From Thermoanaerobaculia bacterium (lineage in GTDB: Bacteria > Acidobacteriota > Thermoanaerobaculia > UBA5066), in the NCBI GenBank assembly GCA_963719225.1, contig CAVRAY010000002.1:288001-352000 (forward strand): a stretch of DNA of 64,000 bases, given 5' to 3'. Below are positions 9,014-18,933 of this stretch, in pieces (positions within the stretch are counted from its first letter, which is position 1; every line of letters starts with the position of its first letter). A model generated the notes under the pieces. That model saw only the letters and a list, made by a program, of their open reading frames with translations. It ran no database searches and was not told the origin of the DNA. The translations under genes were made by a program, and so were the position numbers.

Positions 9014-10390
9014 GCGAATCTCCTTTACGGACGATTCTAGAGGCCCTTCGGGGAGCGCTTCCTCACGCCAGCGCGCGACGGCGGCGAGGGCCCGCCGGCC
9101 GATCTCCTCGCGGCGCTTCGCCCGGTCCCGCGTCACGGGCAGATCCGTCGCCGCTTCGCTCTCGATGAGGCCGAATGTGACGTTCATGGGCGTGAACGCC
9201 TGCTCGCGCGGCGCTGACACGTGCTTGGCGAGCGACCCGAGCGCCGTCGAGAACGACAGCGCCCGCACCTCGCGGCCCTCGAGGAGCTGCGCGAGCGTCG
9301 CGCCGACCATGAGTCCCGTGGCCGCCGACTCGAGATAGCCTTCGACGCCCGTGAGCTGGCCCGCGAAGAAGACCCGAGGGTCCTTCTTCCAGCGAAACAG
9401 CGCGTCGAGATGTGCCGGCCCGTTGATGTAGGTGTTGCGATGGAGCATCCCGAAGCGCACGAACTCGGCGCTCTCGAGCCCCGGCAGCATCCGGAAGATG
9501 CGCTTCTGCTCGGGTGTCCGGAGCTTCGTCTGGAAGCCCACGAGGTTGAAGTGCTCGCGCGCGAGGTCGTCCTGTCGAAGCTGCGCGGCGGCGTACGGCT
9601 CCTGGCCCGTGCGCGGATCCCGCAGCCCGAAAGGCTTCATCGGGCCGTGCCTCAGCGTCTCGATCCCCCGCTCGGCCATGGCCTCGATCGGAAGGCAGCC
9701 TTCGAAATAGACGGCCTTCTCGAAGTCGTGGAACGGCACCTTCTCGCCGGCGAGGAGCTCCCTCACGAAGGCCTCGTACTGGACCCTGGAAAGCGGGACG
9801 TTGAGGTAGTCGTCGCCGCCCCCCTTCCCCCAGCGCGAGAGCGCGTAGAGCTTCGAGAGGTCGAGCGACTGAAGCTCCACGATGGGCGCCATCGCGTCGT
9901 AGAAGTAGAGATGCTCCTCTCCGAGCGCGGCGAGGAGCGACTTCTCGAGCGCCGGCGAGGTGAGCGGTCCCGTCGCGATCACGACGAATCCTTGCCCTGG
10001 GTCCGGGAGCGCCTCCGCTTCCGAGCGCACGAGCTCGAGGAGCGGGTCGCCCTCGAGGCGCCGCGTGACGGCTGCCGCGAAGGCCGTGCGATCCACGGCG
10101 AGCGCGTCGCCCGCCGGCACGGCCGCCTTCCGCGCCTCTTCGAGGACGAGGGAGCCGATCGACTCCATCTCGCGCTTCAGGAGCCCCACGGCGTTCAGGG
10201 GATTGTCCGACCGGAAAGAGTTCGAGCAGACCATCTCCGCGAGACGATCCGTCGCGTGCGCGTCGGTCTTCCTCACGGGCCGCATCTCGACGAGGCGCAC
10301 CCGATGGCCGCGCCTCAGCAGCTGGTGCGCGCACTCGACGCCCGCAAATCCGCCGCCGATCACGGTGACGGCCGGCCGGGGAGCTTCCAT
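9014..10390 (-). CDS. trmFO: Folate/FAD-dependent tRNA (uracil-54) methyltransferase TrmFO (no stop before cytochrome c as sequenced)
   Basis: VIGGGFAGVECA, AEMVCSNSF, FYDAMAPIV, YFEGCLPIE, FAGQLTGVEGYLES. Confidence 0.93.
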
Positions 10391-10429
10391 GCGCCGATTC
10401 TGATCTCGGAGGCCCTTCCCGTCGACCGG

Positions 10430-10446
10430 AGGGCACATCCTTTGCT
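10430..10446 (+). promoter_or_regulatory. Putative sigma-54 promoter for DUF4398-ompA
   Basis: GGGCACATCCTTTGCT: GG(10432-33)-N10-GC(10444-45), close to TGGCAC-N5-TTGCW. Confidence 0.6.
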
Positions 10447-10516
10447 TTTATTTGGTCCCAACGCGACGGCGTGTAAGGCGTTCCGACGTCGCCGCTTCAG
10501 TTCGTGAGGTGGCTCC

Positions 10517-10900
10517 ATGAGCACGAAAGAGAACCTTGCCGCCGTCGGGCTCGCGGTCGCGGCCATTGCGGGCTGTGCGTCGGGCACGAGGATCGCGGAC
10601 CAGGAAGTGACCGACGTCGAGCTCTCGATCCGGTCCGCCGAGAACGCGACCGCGACCCAGCACGCGAGGATCCTGCTGGACCGGGCGCGGAACGCCCTGT
10701 CCGCCGCGCAGAGCGAGCGCGCGAAGGGTCACGACGAGGCCGCGCGCGCGCGGCTCGAGGAGGCGCGGTCCGCGGCGAGCGCCGCCGAGAGCCAGGCGAA
10801 GTCGGTTCAGATCCTGGAGCAGGAAGCCGCCCTGAAGCGCCAGCTCGAGGACATCGAGCGGCGGATCCGCGAGTTCAACGCGCGGACCCAGCGGCCCTAG
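10517..10900 (+). CDS. DUF4398-like lipoprotein
   Basis: SD GAGGTGG; lipobox IAGC; helical Ala-rich body; sits upstream of an OmpA-family gene. Confidence 0.75.
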   Translation: MSTKENLAAVGLAVAAIAGCASGTRIADQEVTDVELSIRSAENATATQHARILLDRARNALSAAQSERAKGHDEAARARLEEARSAASAAESQAKSVQILEQEAALKRQLEDIERRIREFNARTQRP

Positions 10901-10910
10901 GAGGACGATC

Positions 10911-12080
10911 ATGAGGCACACGCGAATCGCGCACGCCCTCCCCGCCCTTGTCGCCTCCCTCGCCCTCTTGCTGCTCGCGAGCTGTGCGACGACGGGACCC
11001 GAGCCCACCGAGCTGCGCGACGCGCGTCTCGCGATCCAGGACGCGAGGAGCGCCGGAGCCCAGGAGGGAGCCCCCGACCTGCTCGCGGCCGCGCAGGCCC
11101 ATCTCACGAACGCCGAGAACACCTTCCGGGCCTCGGGAAACATCGAGGCGTGCGTGCATTACGCCCGGCTCGCCGAGACGGAGGCCCGCGACGCGCAGTA
11201 CCGGGCCATCGCGCGAAATGCGCGCGTATCGCTGGAGGCCGGAACGAGGCGCCGGGCCGAGCTCGAGGTCGCGGTCCGCGACGCCGAGATCAAGGCGCTG
11301 GCGGCGCGCGCCCAGTCGGACGCCGAGAGGGCGCGCCTCGAGGCGGAGGCGCGGGCGCGCTCGGAGAGCGAGCGTATGGAAGTCGCCTCCCGGGCCCGCG
11401 AGGCGGAGCAGCAGGCGGCGGACGAGCGCGTACGAGCTCTCCAGGCGCAGCTCGAGGCGGAACGGCAGAAGGCGGCCGAGCAGCAGCAGCAGGCCCAGAT
11501 GGAGTCCCTGAAAGCCCAGATCGAGGAGCAGAAGAAGGCCGCCGACGCCGCGCGAAGGGCCGCCCAGGAGCAGGTCGCCGCGGCGCAGAGCGCGGCGGAA
11601 GCGGAACGCGCGCGCGCCGACCAAGCCCGCCGCGAGGCCGAGCGGATCGCCGCACGCGAGAAGACCCAGGGAGACCTCCTGGCGCGGCTCCAGGCGATCG
11701 AGCGTTCCGCCCGCGTCGAGGCACGGGGGATCGTCCTCACGCTCCCGGGCAGCGTGTATTTCGACACGGGCCGCGCCGACGTGAAGAAGGGCGCCGCCGA
11801 GCGCGTGGCCCGGATCGGCGAAGCGCTCGCAGGAGCGCCGGAGCGCAAGCTCATCCTCGAGGGCCACACTGACTCGACCGGGTCGGCCGCCACGAACGAG
11901 AAGCTCTCCGCGCTCAGGGCGGAATCGGTCAAGGCGATCCTCGTCGCCCACGGCGTCTCGCCGGACCGCATCGAGACGCACGGCTACGCGGCGACGAAGC
12001 CCGTCGCGAGCAACGCGACGCCCGCGGGCCGAAGCGAAAACCGCCGCGTGGAGCTCGTCGTCCAGGGCGCCGTGCGCTGA
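10911..12080 (+). CDS. OmpA-family lipoprotein (DUF4398, coiled coil, peptidoglycan-binding domain)
   Basis: SD GGAGGA; lipobox LASC; EGHTDSTG..NEKLSALRAESV..GRSENRRVE. Confidence 0.9.
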   Translation: MRHTRIAHALPALVASLALLLLASCATTGPEPTELRDARLAIQDARSAGAQEGAPDLLAAAQAHLTNAENTFRASGNIEACVHYARLAETEARDAQYRAIARNARVSLEAGTRRRAELEVAVRDAEIKALAARAQSDAERARLEAEARARSESERMEVASRAREAEQQAADERVRALQAQLEAERQKAAEQQQQAQMESLKAQIEEQKKAADAARRAAQEQVAAAQSAAEAERARADQARREAERIAAREKTQGDLLARLQAIERSARVEARGIVLTLPGSVYFDTGRADVKKGAAERVARIGEALAGAPERKLILEGHTDSTGSAATNEKLSALRAESVKAILVAHGVSPDRIETHGYAATKPVASNATPAGRSENRRVELVVQGAVR

Positions 12081-12133
12081 ACGGGCGTCTGTTCGGCCGG
12101 GCCATCCACGCGGCGCGCCGCTAGACTCGGCGC

Positions 12134-12352
12134 GTGACGTTCGAAGGCCACCTCTACGACCGCGGGTATTTCGAGGGCCTTCACGAGAGCCACTGGTTCA
12201 TCGCCGCCATCGCGGGATTTCGCATCTCCCTCGACACGTATTCCGTCTCGCCGTTTCCCGGCGTGCGGTGGATCGAAGCCGCGCTCGCGCCCCTTCCGCT
12301 CGTCGGAGAAACGTTCCGCTACCGGATCCTGCTCCAGGCGAAAAAACCGTGA
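12134..12352 (+). CDS. 72-aa internally deleted paralogue of the downstream methyltransferase (microprotein or pseudogene)
   Basis: TAGACT-N6-GTG; termini align with those of 12349-13065; SAM-binding core absent. Confidence 0.6.
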   Translation: MTFEGHLYDRGYFEGLHESHWFIAAIAGFRISLDTYSVSPFPGVRWIEAALAPLPLVGETFRYRILLQAKKP

Positions 12353-13065
12353 CCGACCCGCCGGAAAGGTTCGCGCCGAACGCGGAGGTCTACGGACGCG
12401 GGTACTACGAGAGGATGTACCGGCCTCAGTGGTTCCTGAGGAACCGGCGCAAGTACGAAGAGCGGGATGCGGCCCTCCTCCGGATCGTCAGGCCGACTCC
12501 CTCGTCCCGCATTCTCGAGGTCGGCTCGGCGCGGGGTGACACGGCGTTCTTCTTCGCGCCGCGCGTCGCTCAGGTCGTCGGCATCGACGCGGCGAAGGTG
12601 GCGGTCCAGGCGGCGCGCGTGCGCCTCGCGGGCCTCGCGATCGACAACGTGACGTTCGAGGAGATGGACGCCCGCGACCTTTCGGCCGTCCCGGACGGGA
12701 CCTTCGACGTCGTCCTCCTCGCGGACTTCGTGGAACACGTTCTCGACGACGTGCTCGTGCCGTGTCTTTCGAGCGCGAAAGCCGTCCTCAAGCCCGGCGG
12801 CCGCCTCGCGATCTACACCCCGAATGCGACGCACTGGGCCGAACGCCTCAAGGCGGCCGTGCCCCTTCTCCAGCAGCAGGACCACATCGCCGTCCGAGAC
12901 GCCGCGCGCGTCGTCTCCCTCGTCGAGGCGGCGGGGTTCCGGGTCGAGGATCTCTTCTTCTCCGCGAGCCCGTACCCCGTCCTCGGCGCCTTCGACCGGG
13001 CGTTCCCGATGGTCGGCCTCTGCCGTTTTCGGACATGCCTGAGGGCGGTAACGTCCGAGGCATGA
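12349..13065 (+). CDS. Class I SAM-dependent methyltransferase
   Basis: GTGA overlap; RILEVGSARG, VVGIDAA, FDVVLLADFVEHV, LKPGG. Confidence 0.9.
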   Translation: MTDPPERFAPNAEVYGRGYYERMYRPQWFLRNRRKYEERDAALLRIVRPTPSSRILEVGSARGDTAFFFAPRVAQVVGIDAAKVAVQAARVRLAGLAIDNVTFEEMDARDLSAVPDGTFDVVLLADFVEHVLDDVLVPCLSSAKAVLKPGGRLAIYTPNATHWAERLKAAVPLLQQQDHIAVRDAARVVSLVEAAGFRVEDLFFSASPYPVLGAFDRAFPMVGLCRFRTCLRAVTSEA

Positions 13066-13991
13066 AGGTCTCGTTCGTCACCTGCGACGTCTTCACGGAC
13101 CGGCCGTTCACGGGCAACCAGCTCCTCGTCGTGCCGGAGGCGCGCGGCCTCACGACCGAGAAGATGCAGGCCCTGGCGCGCGAGATCAACTACTCCGAGT
13201 CCACGTTCGTCCTGCCGCCGCAGGATCCCGCGCACGCGTACCTCCAGCGCACCTTCGTGCCGGTGAAGGAAATCCCGTACGCGGGTCATCCGACGGTCGG
13301 GACGGCCGTCGTCATGGTGGCGCTCGGAAGGGTCGCCGCCGAAGCGCCCGACGGCGTTCACCCCGTCACGATCGAGGTGGGCTTCGGCCCGCTCGGCCTC
13401 GAGCTTCTGAAGAAGGACGGGCGCGTCTCGCGCGTGAGGATGGAGCAGGGGCGGCCGGAATGGAGGGCGCCCGTGACCGGCGACGACGTGAAGGGACAGA
13501 TCGCGGCGGCGCTCGGCGTGCCGTTCGACGCCCTGCACCCGTCGCTTCCGCCGCAGGCCGTCGGGACCGGGAACACGTTCCTCATGGTCCCGCTTTCGTC
13601 CGTCGAGGCCGTGTCCTCGGCCCTGGCCGACACCCGAATGCTCAACCACGTCGAAAGAGAGCTCTCGGTCCTCGGCCTCTTCTTCTTCGCCCTGGACGAG
13701 GCCGGCGGGAAGGTCCGCGTGCGGGCGCGCATGTTCGCGCCGGGCGCTGGGGTGCCCGAGGACCCCGCGACGGGGTCCGCCGCTGGGCCGGTCGCCGTCT
13801 ACCTCGCGCTCCACGGCGCGGTGCCGGGCGGCGTCCGGGAGGGGCGCGGCCGCTTCACGATCGACCAGGGAATCGAGATGGGCCGGCCGTCGGAGCTCGA
13901 CGTGACGGTCCTCCTCGAGGGCGGCCGCCCCTCGAGCGTCCGCGTCGAAGGGAGCGCCGTCCTCATGATGCGGGGAGAGATCGACGTCTGA
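13062..13991 (+). CDS. PhzF-family isomerase
   Basis: DVFTDRPFTGNQL, EINYSESTF, EIPYAGHPT, EDPATGSAAG, QGIEMGRPS. Confidence 0.93.
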   Translation: MKVSFVTCDVFTDRPFTGNQLLVVPEARGLTTEKMQALAREINYSESTFVLPPQDPAHAYLQRTFVPVKEIPYAGHPTVGTAVVMVALGRVAAEAPDGVHPVTIEVGFGPLGLELLKKDGRVSRVRMEQGRPEWRAPVTGDDVKGQIAAALGVPFDALHPSLPPQAVGTGNTFLMVPLSSVEAVSSALADTRMLNHVERELSVLGLFFFALDEAGGKVRVRARMFAPGAGVPEDPATGSAAGPVAVYLALHGAVPGGVREGRGRFTIDQGIEMGRPSELDVTVLLEGGRPSSVRVEGSAVLMMRGEIDV

Positions 13992-13999
13992 GCCGTCTG

Positions 14000-14104
14000 T
14001 CGAGCGGTGAAGGGGGTCGGGGGGAAACACGACCGTGTTTCCCCCATTGCTCGCAGTTGCTAGCGCGCCTTCTCGGGCGCGTGCGAAGCACGCGGCGCGC
14101 TAGC
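14000..14104. repeat. Structured intergenic repeat, copy 1 (REP-like)
   Basis: Near-identical to 23142-23248; nested hairpins; between convergent phzF-family and pirin genes. Confidence 0.85.
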
Positions 14105-14978
14105 CGACCTCGGGCTCGATCGAGCCCATCCGCCCCGCCTCGAAGTCCTCGAAGGCTTCGACGATCTCGGCCTTCGTGTTCATGACGAAGGGGCCGTAGC
14201 GGACCACGGGTTCGTTCAACGGCTGTCCGCCGATCACGAGAACCTGCATCTTCGTGGCGGCCTCGATCACGACGTCGCCGGCTTCCTTCCCGAAGATCAT
14301 GCAGTCGCCTTCGGCGCCACGCGTGCCGCTCTTCCCGAAGCGGCCCTCGCCCGAAAGGACGTACGCGAAGACGTTGAACCCCTCCGGCACGCCCTGCGTC
14401 ACGCGGCCGCTCGCCTCGAGCGAGAAATGCACGTACAGGATCGGAGTCCGCGTCTCGATGACGGCCTTCTGTCCGAGCGCCTCGCCCGCGAGCACCTTCA
14501 CGCGCACGTTTCCGTCCGCGCTCTTCGCCTCGGGAATGCGCGAGGCGGGGATCTCCTGGTAGCGCGGGCGCATGCGCTTGTCTTTCTTCGGCAGGTTCAC
14601 CCAGAGCTGGAGGCCGTGCATGAGGCCGCCGTGTTTCTGGAATTCGGGTTCCGGCAGCTCGGAGTGGACGACGCCGTCGCCCGCCGTCATCCATTGCACG
14701 TCGCCGGGCCCGAGAGCTCCGGCGTGGCCGCGCGAGTCGCGGTGCCGCATCGCGCCCGCGAGGAGGTACGTGACGGTCTCGAAGCCGCGATGCGGGTGGT
14801 CCGGCGCGCCGACGGCCTTTCCGGGCGGGTAATCCGTCGGACCCATCTCGTCCAGGAGGAGGAAGGGGTCGATCGCGGCGAGCGCCGGCGTCGGGAAGGG
14901 GCGGCGAACCTGAAAGCCTCCGCCCTCCAGCGTGACGACGCCCGGGACGACGCGCGAAACGGGTCTCGGCTCGGGCAT
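14100..14978 (-). CDS. Pirin family protein
   Basis: DPFLLLDE, HPHRGFETVTY, WMTAGDGVVHSE, GLQLWVNLP, YGPFVMNT. Confidence 0.95.
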   Translation of the reverse strand: MPEPRPVSRVVPGVVTLEGGGFQVRRPFPTPALAAIDPFLLLDEMGPTDYPPGKAVGAPDHPHRGFETVTYLLAGAMRHRDSRGHAGALGPGDVQWMTAGDGVVHSELPEPEFQKHGGLMHGLQLWVNLPKKDKRMRPRYQEIPASRIPEAKSADGNVRVKVLAGEALGQKAVIETRTPILYVHFSLEASGRVTQGVPEGFNVFAYVLSGEGRFGKSGTRGAEGDCMIFGKEAGDVVIEAATKMQVLVIGGQPLNEPVVRYGPFVMNTKAEIVEAFEDFEAGRMGSIEPEVG

Positions 14979-15022
14979 GCGCGTCCGAACGCGTGCCGCG
15001 GCCTCGAAATTCCCGGCGGCCG

Positions 15023-17743
15023 CTAGCGCGTCTTCGCGCGCGCGGGTTTCGGCCGCGCGGCCTTCGGGCTCTCCGCGGGCGGCGTGAGGGGCTCGCTCGC
15101 AGAGGATGCGACCGCCTTCGCCTTCGGCACACGCTTCTTCGCGCCCTTGACAACGGCCGGGGCCCGCGCCTCGGCGATGGCCGCCTCGAGCGCCCCTTCC
15201 GGAATGCGCGTCGCCGGCTGGTAGAGCTCGAGGTCGGCGGCCGGAACGTCGAGGCCGCAGCCCTCCGTCTCGCAGACGTAGAACGGGCCCGCTTTGCGGT
15301 CGCGCACGAGGAGGTACGGCGCCTTGCAGTTCGGGCACGTCTTCGGGACGGGCCGCGCCCGGAAGTTCTTCTCGCAGGCGGGGTAGTTCGAGCAGCCGTA
15401 GAAGGGCCCGAAGCGTCCCCGTCGGACGAGGATGTCGCCCGTCTGGCACGTCGGGCACTTCACGCCCGTGAGCGTGACGGGCTTGGGCGGCTTGAAGCGG
15501 CAGGCGGGATAGTTCGAGCACGAAACGTAATCGCCGAAGCGGCCGTGGCGCGTCACGAGAGGGTGGCCGCAGCTCGGGCACGTCTCGCCGGTCGGGACGT
15601 CGGGCTTGGCTTCGGCCTTCCCGCCCGCGACTTTCACCGGGACCGTGTTGCGGCAGACGGGATAAGCCGTGCAGCCGAGGAACGCGGACCCGTTTCGTCC
15701 GGTGCGGAGCTTCATCGGGCTCCCGCATTCCTCGCAGGTCTGGCCCTCGAGCTCCGTCGCGTCGATCTCGTCTTCCTCGACCTCGGGAATGTTCTGCGTG
15801 AAGTCGCATTCGGGATATCCGCTGCACGCGATGAAGAGGCCCGCCTTGCCCATCCGGAGCTTCAGGGGATGCCCGCTCTTCGGGCACGTGTCGCCGGGAT
15901 CGTTCGTGAGGCGGAAGTCGATGAAGCGCTTCCTCACGTCGGCGAGCGGGAGTCCCGCCTTGAGGGAGACCATTTTCTTTTTCGCCCGGTCGCGGTCCTT
16001 GACGAACTTGCCGTCGAACTCCGCGAGGGCCTTCCTCCAGTCGAGCTTCCCCTCCTCGACCTCGTCCAGCTCCTCTTCCATCTTCGCGGTGTACTCGGTC
16101 TGGAAGAAGTCGTCGAAGCCTTCGCGCATGAGGTCGACGATGACCCGCCCGAGCGGCGTCGGGGTGAAACGCCGGTCTTTCTTCCTCACGTACTCGCGGT
16201 CCTCGATCTTGCGCATGATTTCGGCGTACGTGGAGGGACGGCCGATGCCGTTCTCCTCGAGGAACTTCACGAGCGAACCCTCGTTGAACCTCGGCGGCGG
16301 CTGCGTCTCGTGTCCCTCGGCGGCGACGGCGGCGAGGTCCAGCGCGTCGCCCTCGACGAGGGCGGGCAGGCGCACCTTCTCGTCCTCGTCTCCCACCTCA
16401 CCGTTCGTCTCGGTCTTCTCCCTTTCCTCCGCGTCCGGCTCGGCTTCCTTCTCGTAGACGCGCAGCCAGCCGGGGTCCTTGAGGACGGTGCCGGAAGCAC
16501 GAAGCCCCGCCGTCTCGCCGCCCTTCCTGGCCTCGATCTCCACCGAGGTCACCTCCGACACGGAAGGAGCCATCTGCGACGCGAGGAAGCGGTTCCAGAT
16601 GAGCCGGTAGAGCTTCAGCTCGTCCGCCGCGAGATACCGGGCGACCGCCTCGGGCGGAAAGTCGAGCGAGGTCGGCCGGATCGCCTCGTGCGCGTCCTGG
16701 ACGTCCTTTTTCTGGCGGAAGCGCCGCGCCTCCTCGGGAAGGGCGCCGGCTCCGTACGTCCGGCCGATGAACCCCCGGACGGCGACGAGCGCCTCCTCGG
16801 CGGTGCGCGTCGAGTCCGTACGCATGTACGTGATGAGTCCGATCGTGCCGCTTGCGCCGATCGTCTTGCCCTCGTAGAGGCGCTGCGCGATCTGCATCGT
16901 CCGCCGCACGCTGAAGCCAACGCGCGCGGCGCCCTGCTGGAGCTTGGACGTCGTGAAGGGGGGCGGGGCGCTTCCCTTGCGCTCCTTCGCCTCGACTTTC
17001 ACGACCGTGAGCGCCGCGCCCTCCACGTGCGTCCGCGCTTCCTCCGCCTGCTCTCGCGTCGCGAGGCGCGGGTCCGTCCCGTCGAACTTCAGCTTCTCGC
17101 CCTTCCACACGGCGAGACGGGCCGGGAACCCCGCGTCGCCTTTCTTCAGCGTCACGGGGACCGAGAAATAGGGAACGGGGACGAAGCGCTCGCGCTCGCT
17201 CTCGCGCTCCACGATGATGCGCAGCGTGACCGTCTGAACGCGTCCCGCCGAGAGGCCGCGCCAGACCTTCGACCAGAGGAGGTCCGACACCTCGTAGCCC
17301 ACGAGGCGGTCGATGATCCGTCTGGCCTGCTGCGCGTTGACGCGGTTCTGATCGATCACGCCGGGGCTGGAGATCGCGCGGGTCACGGCCGCCTTCGTGA
17401 TCTCGTGGAACTCGGCCCGGTGGAATTTTGTCTTCGGGAGGCCCGGCTTCAGGATCTCCTGGAGATGCCAGCAGATCGCCTCTCCCTCGCGGTCGGGGTC
17501 GGCGGCGAGGTAGATCGTGTCGGCGCCCCTGGCCGCTTTTCGCAGGTCGGCGACGGTCCGCTCCTTGCCGGGGAGGATCTCGTAAGAGGGGTCGTATCCG
17601 TGCGCGCGGTCCACCGCGATGCCTTTCTTCTGAAGGTCGCGAACGTGGCCGTAGCACGCCATCACGGAGAAGTCCCTGCCGAGGAACTTTCCGAGGGTCG
17701 CGGCTTTCGCGGGGGACTCGACGATGACGAGAGATTTCGCCAT
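15023..17743 (-). CDS. topA: DNA topoisomerase I (type IA) with C-terminal zinc ribbons
   Basis: IVESPAKA, DPDREGE, LSAGRVQ, ITYMRTDS, GIGRPSTY; five ribbon units, the first CxxS. Confidence 0.97.
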   Translation of the reverse strand: MAKSLVIVESPAKAATLGKFLGRDFSVMACYGHVRDLQKKGIAVDRAHGYDPSYEILPGKERTVADLRKAARGADTIYLAADPDREGEAICWHLQEILKPGLPKTKFHRAEFHEITKAAVTRAISSPGVIDQNRVNAQQARRIIDRLVGYEVSDLLWSKVWRGLSAGRVQTVTLRIIVERESERERFVPVPYFSVPVTLKKGDAGFPARLAVWKGEKLKFDGTDPRLATREQAEEARTHVEGAALTVVKVEAKERKGSAPPPFTTSKLQQGAARVGFSVRRTMQIAQRLYEGKTIGASGTIGLITYMRTDSTRTAEEALVAVRGFIGRTYGAGALPEEARRFRQKKDVQDAHEAIRPTSLDFPPEAVARYLAADELKLYRLIWNRFLASQMAPSVSEVTSVEIEARKGGETAGLRASGTVLKDPGWLRVYEKEAEPDAEEREKTETNGEVGDEDEKVRLPALVEGDALDLAAVAAEGHETQPPPRFNEGSLVKFLEENGIGRPSTYAEIMRKIEDREYVRKKDRRFTPTPLGRVIVDLMREGFDDFFQTEYTAKMEEELDEVEEGKLDWRKALAEFDGKFVKDRDRAKKKMVSLKAGLPLADVRKRFIDFRLTNDPGDTCPKSGHPLKLRMGKAGLFIACSGYPECDFTQNIPEVEEDEIDATELEGQTCEECGSPMKLRTGRNGSAFLGCTAYPVCRNTVPVKVAGGKAEAKPDVPTGETCPSCGHPLVTRHGRFGDYVSCSNYPACRFKPPKPVTLTGVKCPTCQTGDILVRRGRFGPFYGCSNYPACEKNFRARPVPKTCPNCKAPYLLVRDRKAGPFYVCETEGCGLDVPAADLELYQPATRIPEGALEAAIAEARAPAVVKGAKKRVPKAKAVASSASEPLTPPAESPKAARPKPARAKTR

Positions 17744-17769
17744 GAACCGCCGTCACGATGCCACGTCTG

Positions 17770-18897
17770 TCAACTCCGTGCCCGCGGCCGGACGAAGAGG
17801 GCCCCCGGCAGGACCGTCACGAGACCGTCCAGCTCGAGGTGCACGAGGGCCGCCGAAAAGCGCGCGGCGGAAAGCCCGGTCGCCGAAAGGAGGGCGTCCG
17901 CGTCCCTCGGCTCGTCGGCGTCGAGCGCCCCGAGGACGGCCGCGGCGTCCGGGGGGAGATGGACCGGCACCGGGGCCTCCTCGCGCGCGGCGACCTGCCT
18001 CCTGAGGAGCCGTCTTTCCTCCTCGGGGAGCTCCGCGAGGAGGTCGTCCACGTCCCGCACGAGGATCGCGCCGTCCTTGAGGAGGGCGTTCGACCCGGCC
18101 GCGCCCGGGGAGAGGATCGATCCCGGCACGGCCGCCACGTCGCGGCCGTAGCCCGTCGCATAGCGCGCCGTGATCAGGGAGCCGCTCTTCGTGGCCGCTT
18201 CGACGACGCATACGATGCGCGCGAGGCCCGCGAGGATGCGGTTGCGGATCGGGAAGTTCCAGGGCTCGGGCTGCGTCCCCATCGGGAATTCCGAGAGTGC
18301 GGAGCCGGACGAAAGAAGAGTCTCGAGAAGGACTCTCTGCTCGGGCGGATAGCAGACGTCCACGCCGCATCCGAAAACCGCCACTGTCTTCCCGCCGGCC
18401 CCGAGGGCCGCACGATGGGCGGCCGCATCCACGCCCCGCGCGAAACCGGAGACGACGGTCACGCCGGCTTGAGCCAAAGAGGCCCCGAGAACGCGCGCCG
18501 CGTCGAGCCCCGCCCGCGAAGCGCGGCGCGCCCCGACGACGGCGATGGCCGGCGCGTCGGGATACCCGAGCCCGCGGGCGAAAAGAACCGGCGGCGGATC
18601 GTGGATCTCGCGCAGAAGAGCGGGGTACTCCCGGTCCGTGAGAAAGAGGATGCGTGCTCCGGATTCCGTGAGCCGCCGCACATCTTCTTGGATGACTCTT
18701 CCGTCGTCCATGAGGAGCGGCGCCACGGTCGAGAGATCCTCGCCCGCGATCCGGGCGGCCACTTCCGGGGACAGCGCCCGCACGGCCGCGGGCGAACCGG
18801 CCGACAGAAGGAGCGTCCGGAGCGCGCGGGCCGCCCTTCCACGCCCGTTCCGGGCCCAGATGAGTCCTGTCCGGGCATCGCTCGCCGCACCGTTCAT
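17770..18897 (-). CDS. dprA: DNA-processing protein DprA
   Basis: AVVGARRAS, VVSGFARGVDAAAH, FPIRNRILAG, VVEAATKSGSLITA; upstream of topA. Confidence 0.95.
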   Translation of the reverse strand: MNGAASDARTGLIWARNGRGRAARALRTLLLSAGSPAAVRALSPEVAARIAGEDLSTVAPLLMDDGRVIQEDVRRLTESGARILFLTDREYPALLREIHDPPPVLFARGLGYPDAPAIAVVGARRASRAGLDAARVLGASLAQAGVTVVSGFARGVDAAAHRAALGAGGKTVAVFGCGVDVCYPPEQRVLLETLLSSGSALSEFPMGTQPEPWNFPIRNRILAGLARIVCVVEAATKSGSLITARYATGYGRDVAAVPGSILSPGAAGSNALLKDGAILVRDVDDLLAELPEEERRLLRRQVAAREEAPVPVHLPPDAAAVLGALDADEPRDADALLSATGLSAARFSAALVHLELDGLVTVLPGALFVRPRARS

Positions 18898-18933
18898 GCG
18901 GCACCTCTCTTGCTCTGAGAAGAAATCTCGACG

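Noticed and set aside
14993-18151. Very long antisense or alternate-frame ORFs (1052 aa here; also 30032-32923, 32704-35307, 39967-42990)
   Set aside because: Shadows of real genes in stop-poor high-GC DNA; Arg/Ala/Pro-rich with no recognisable motifs.
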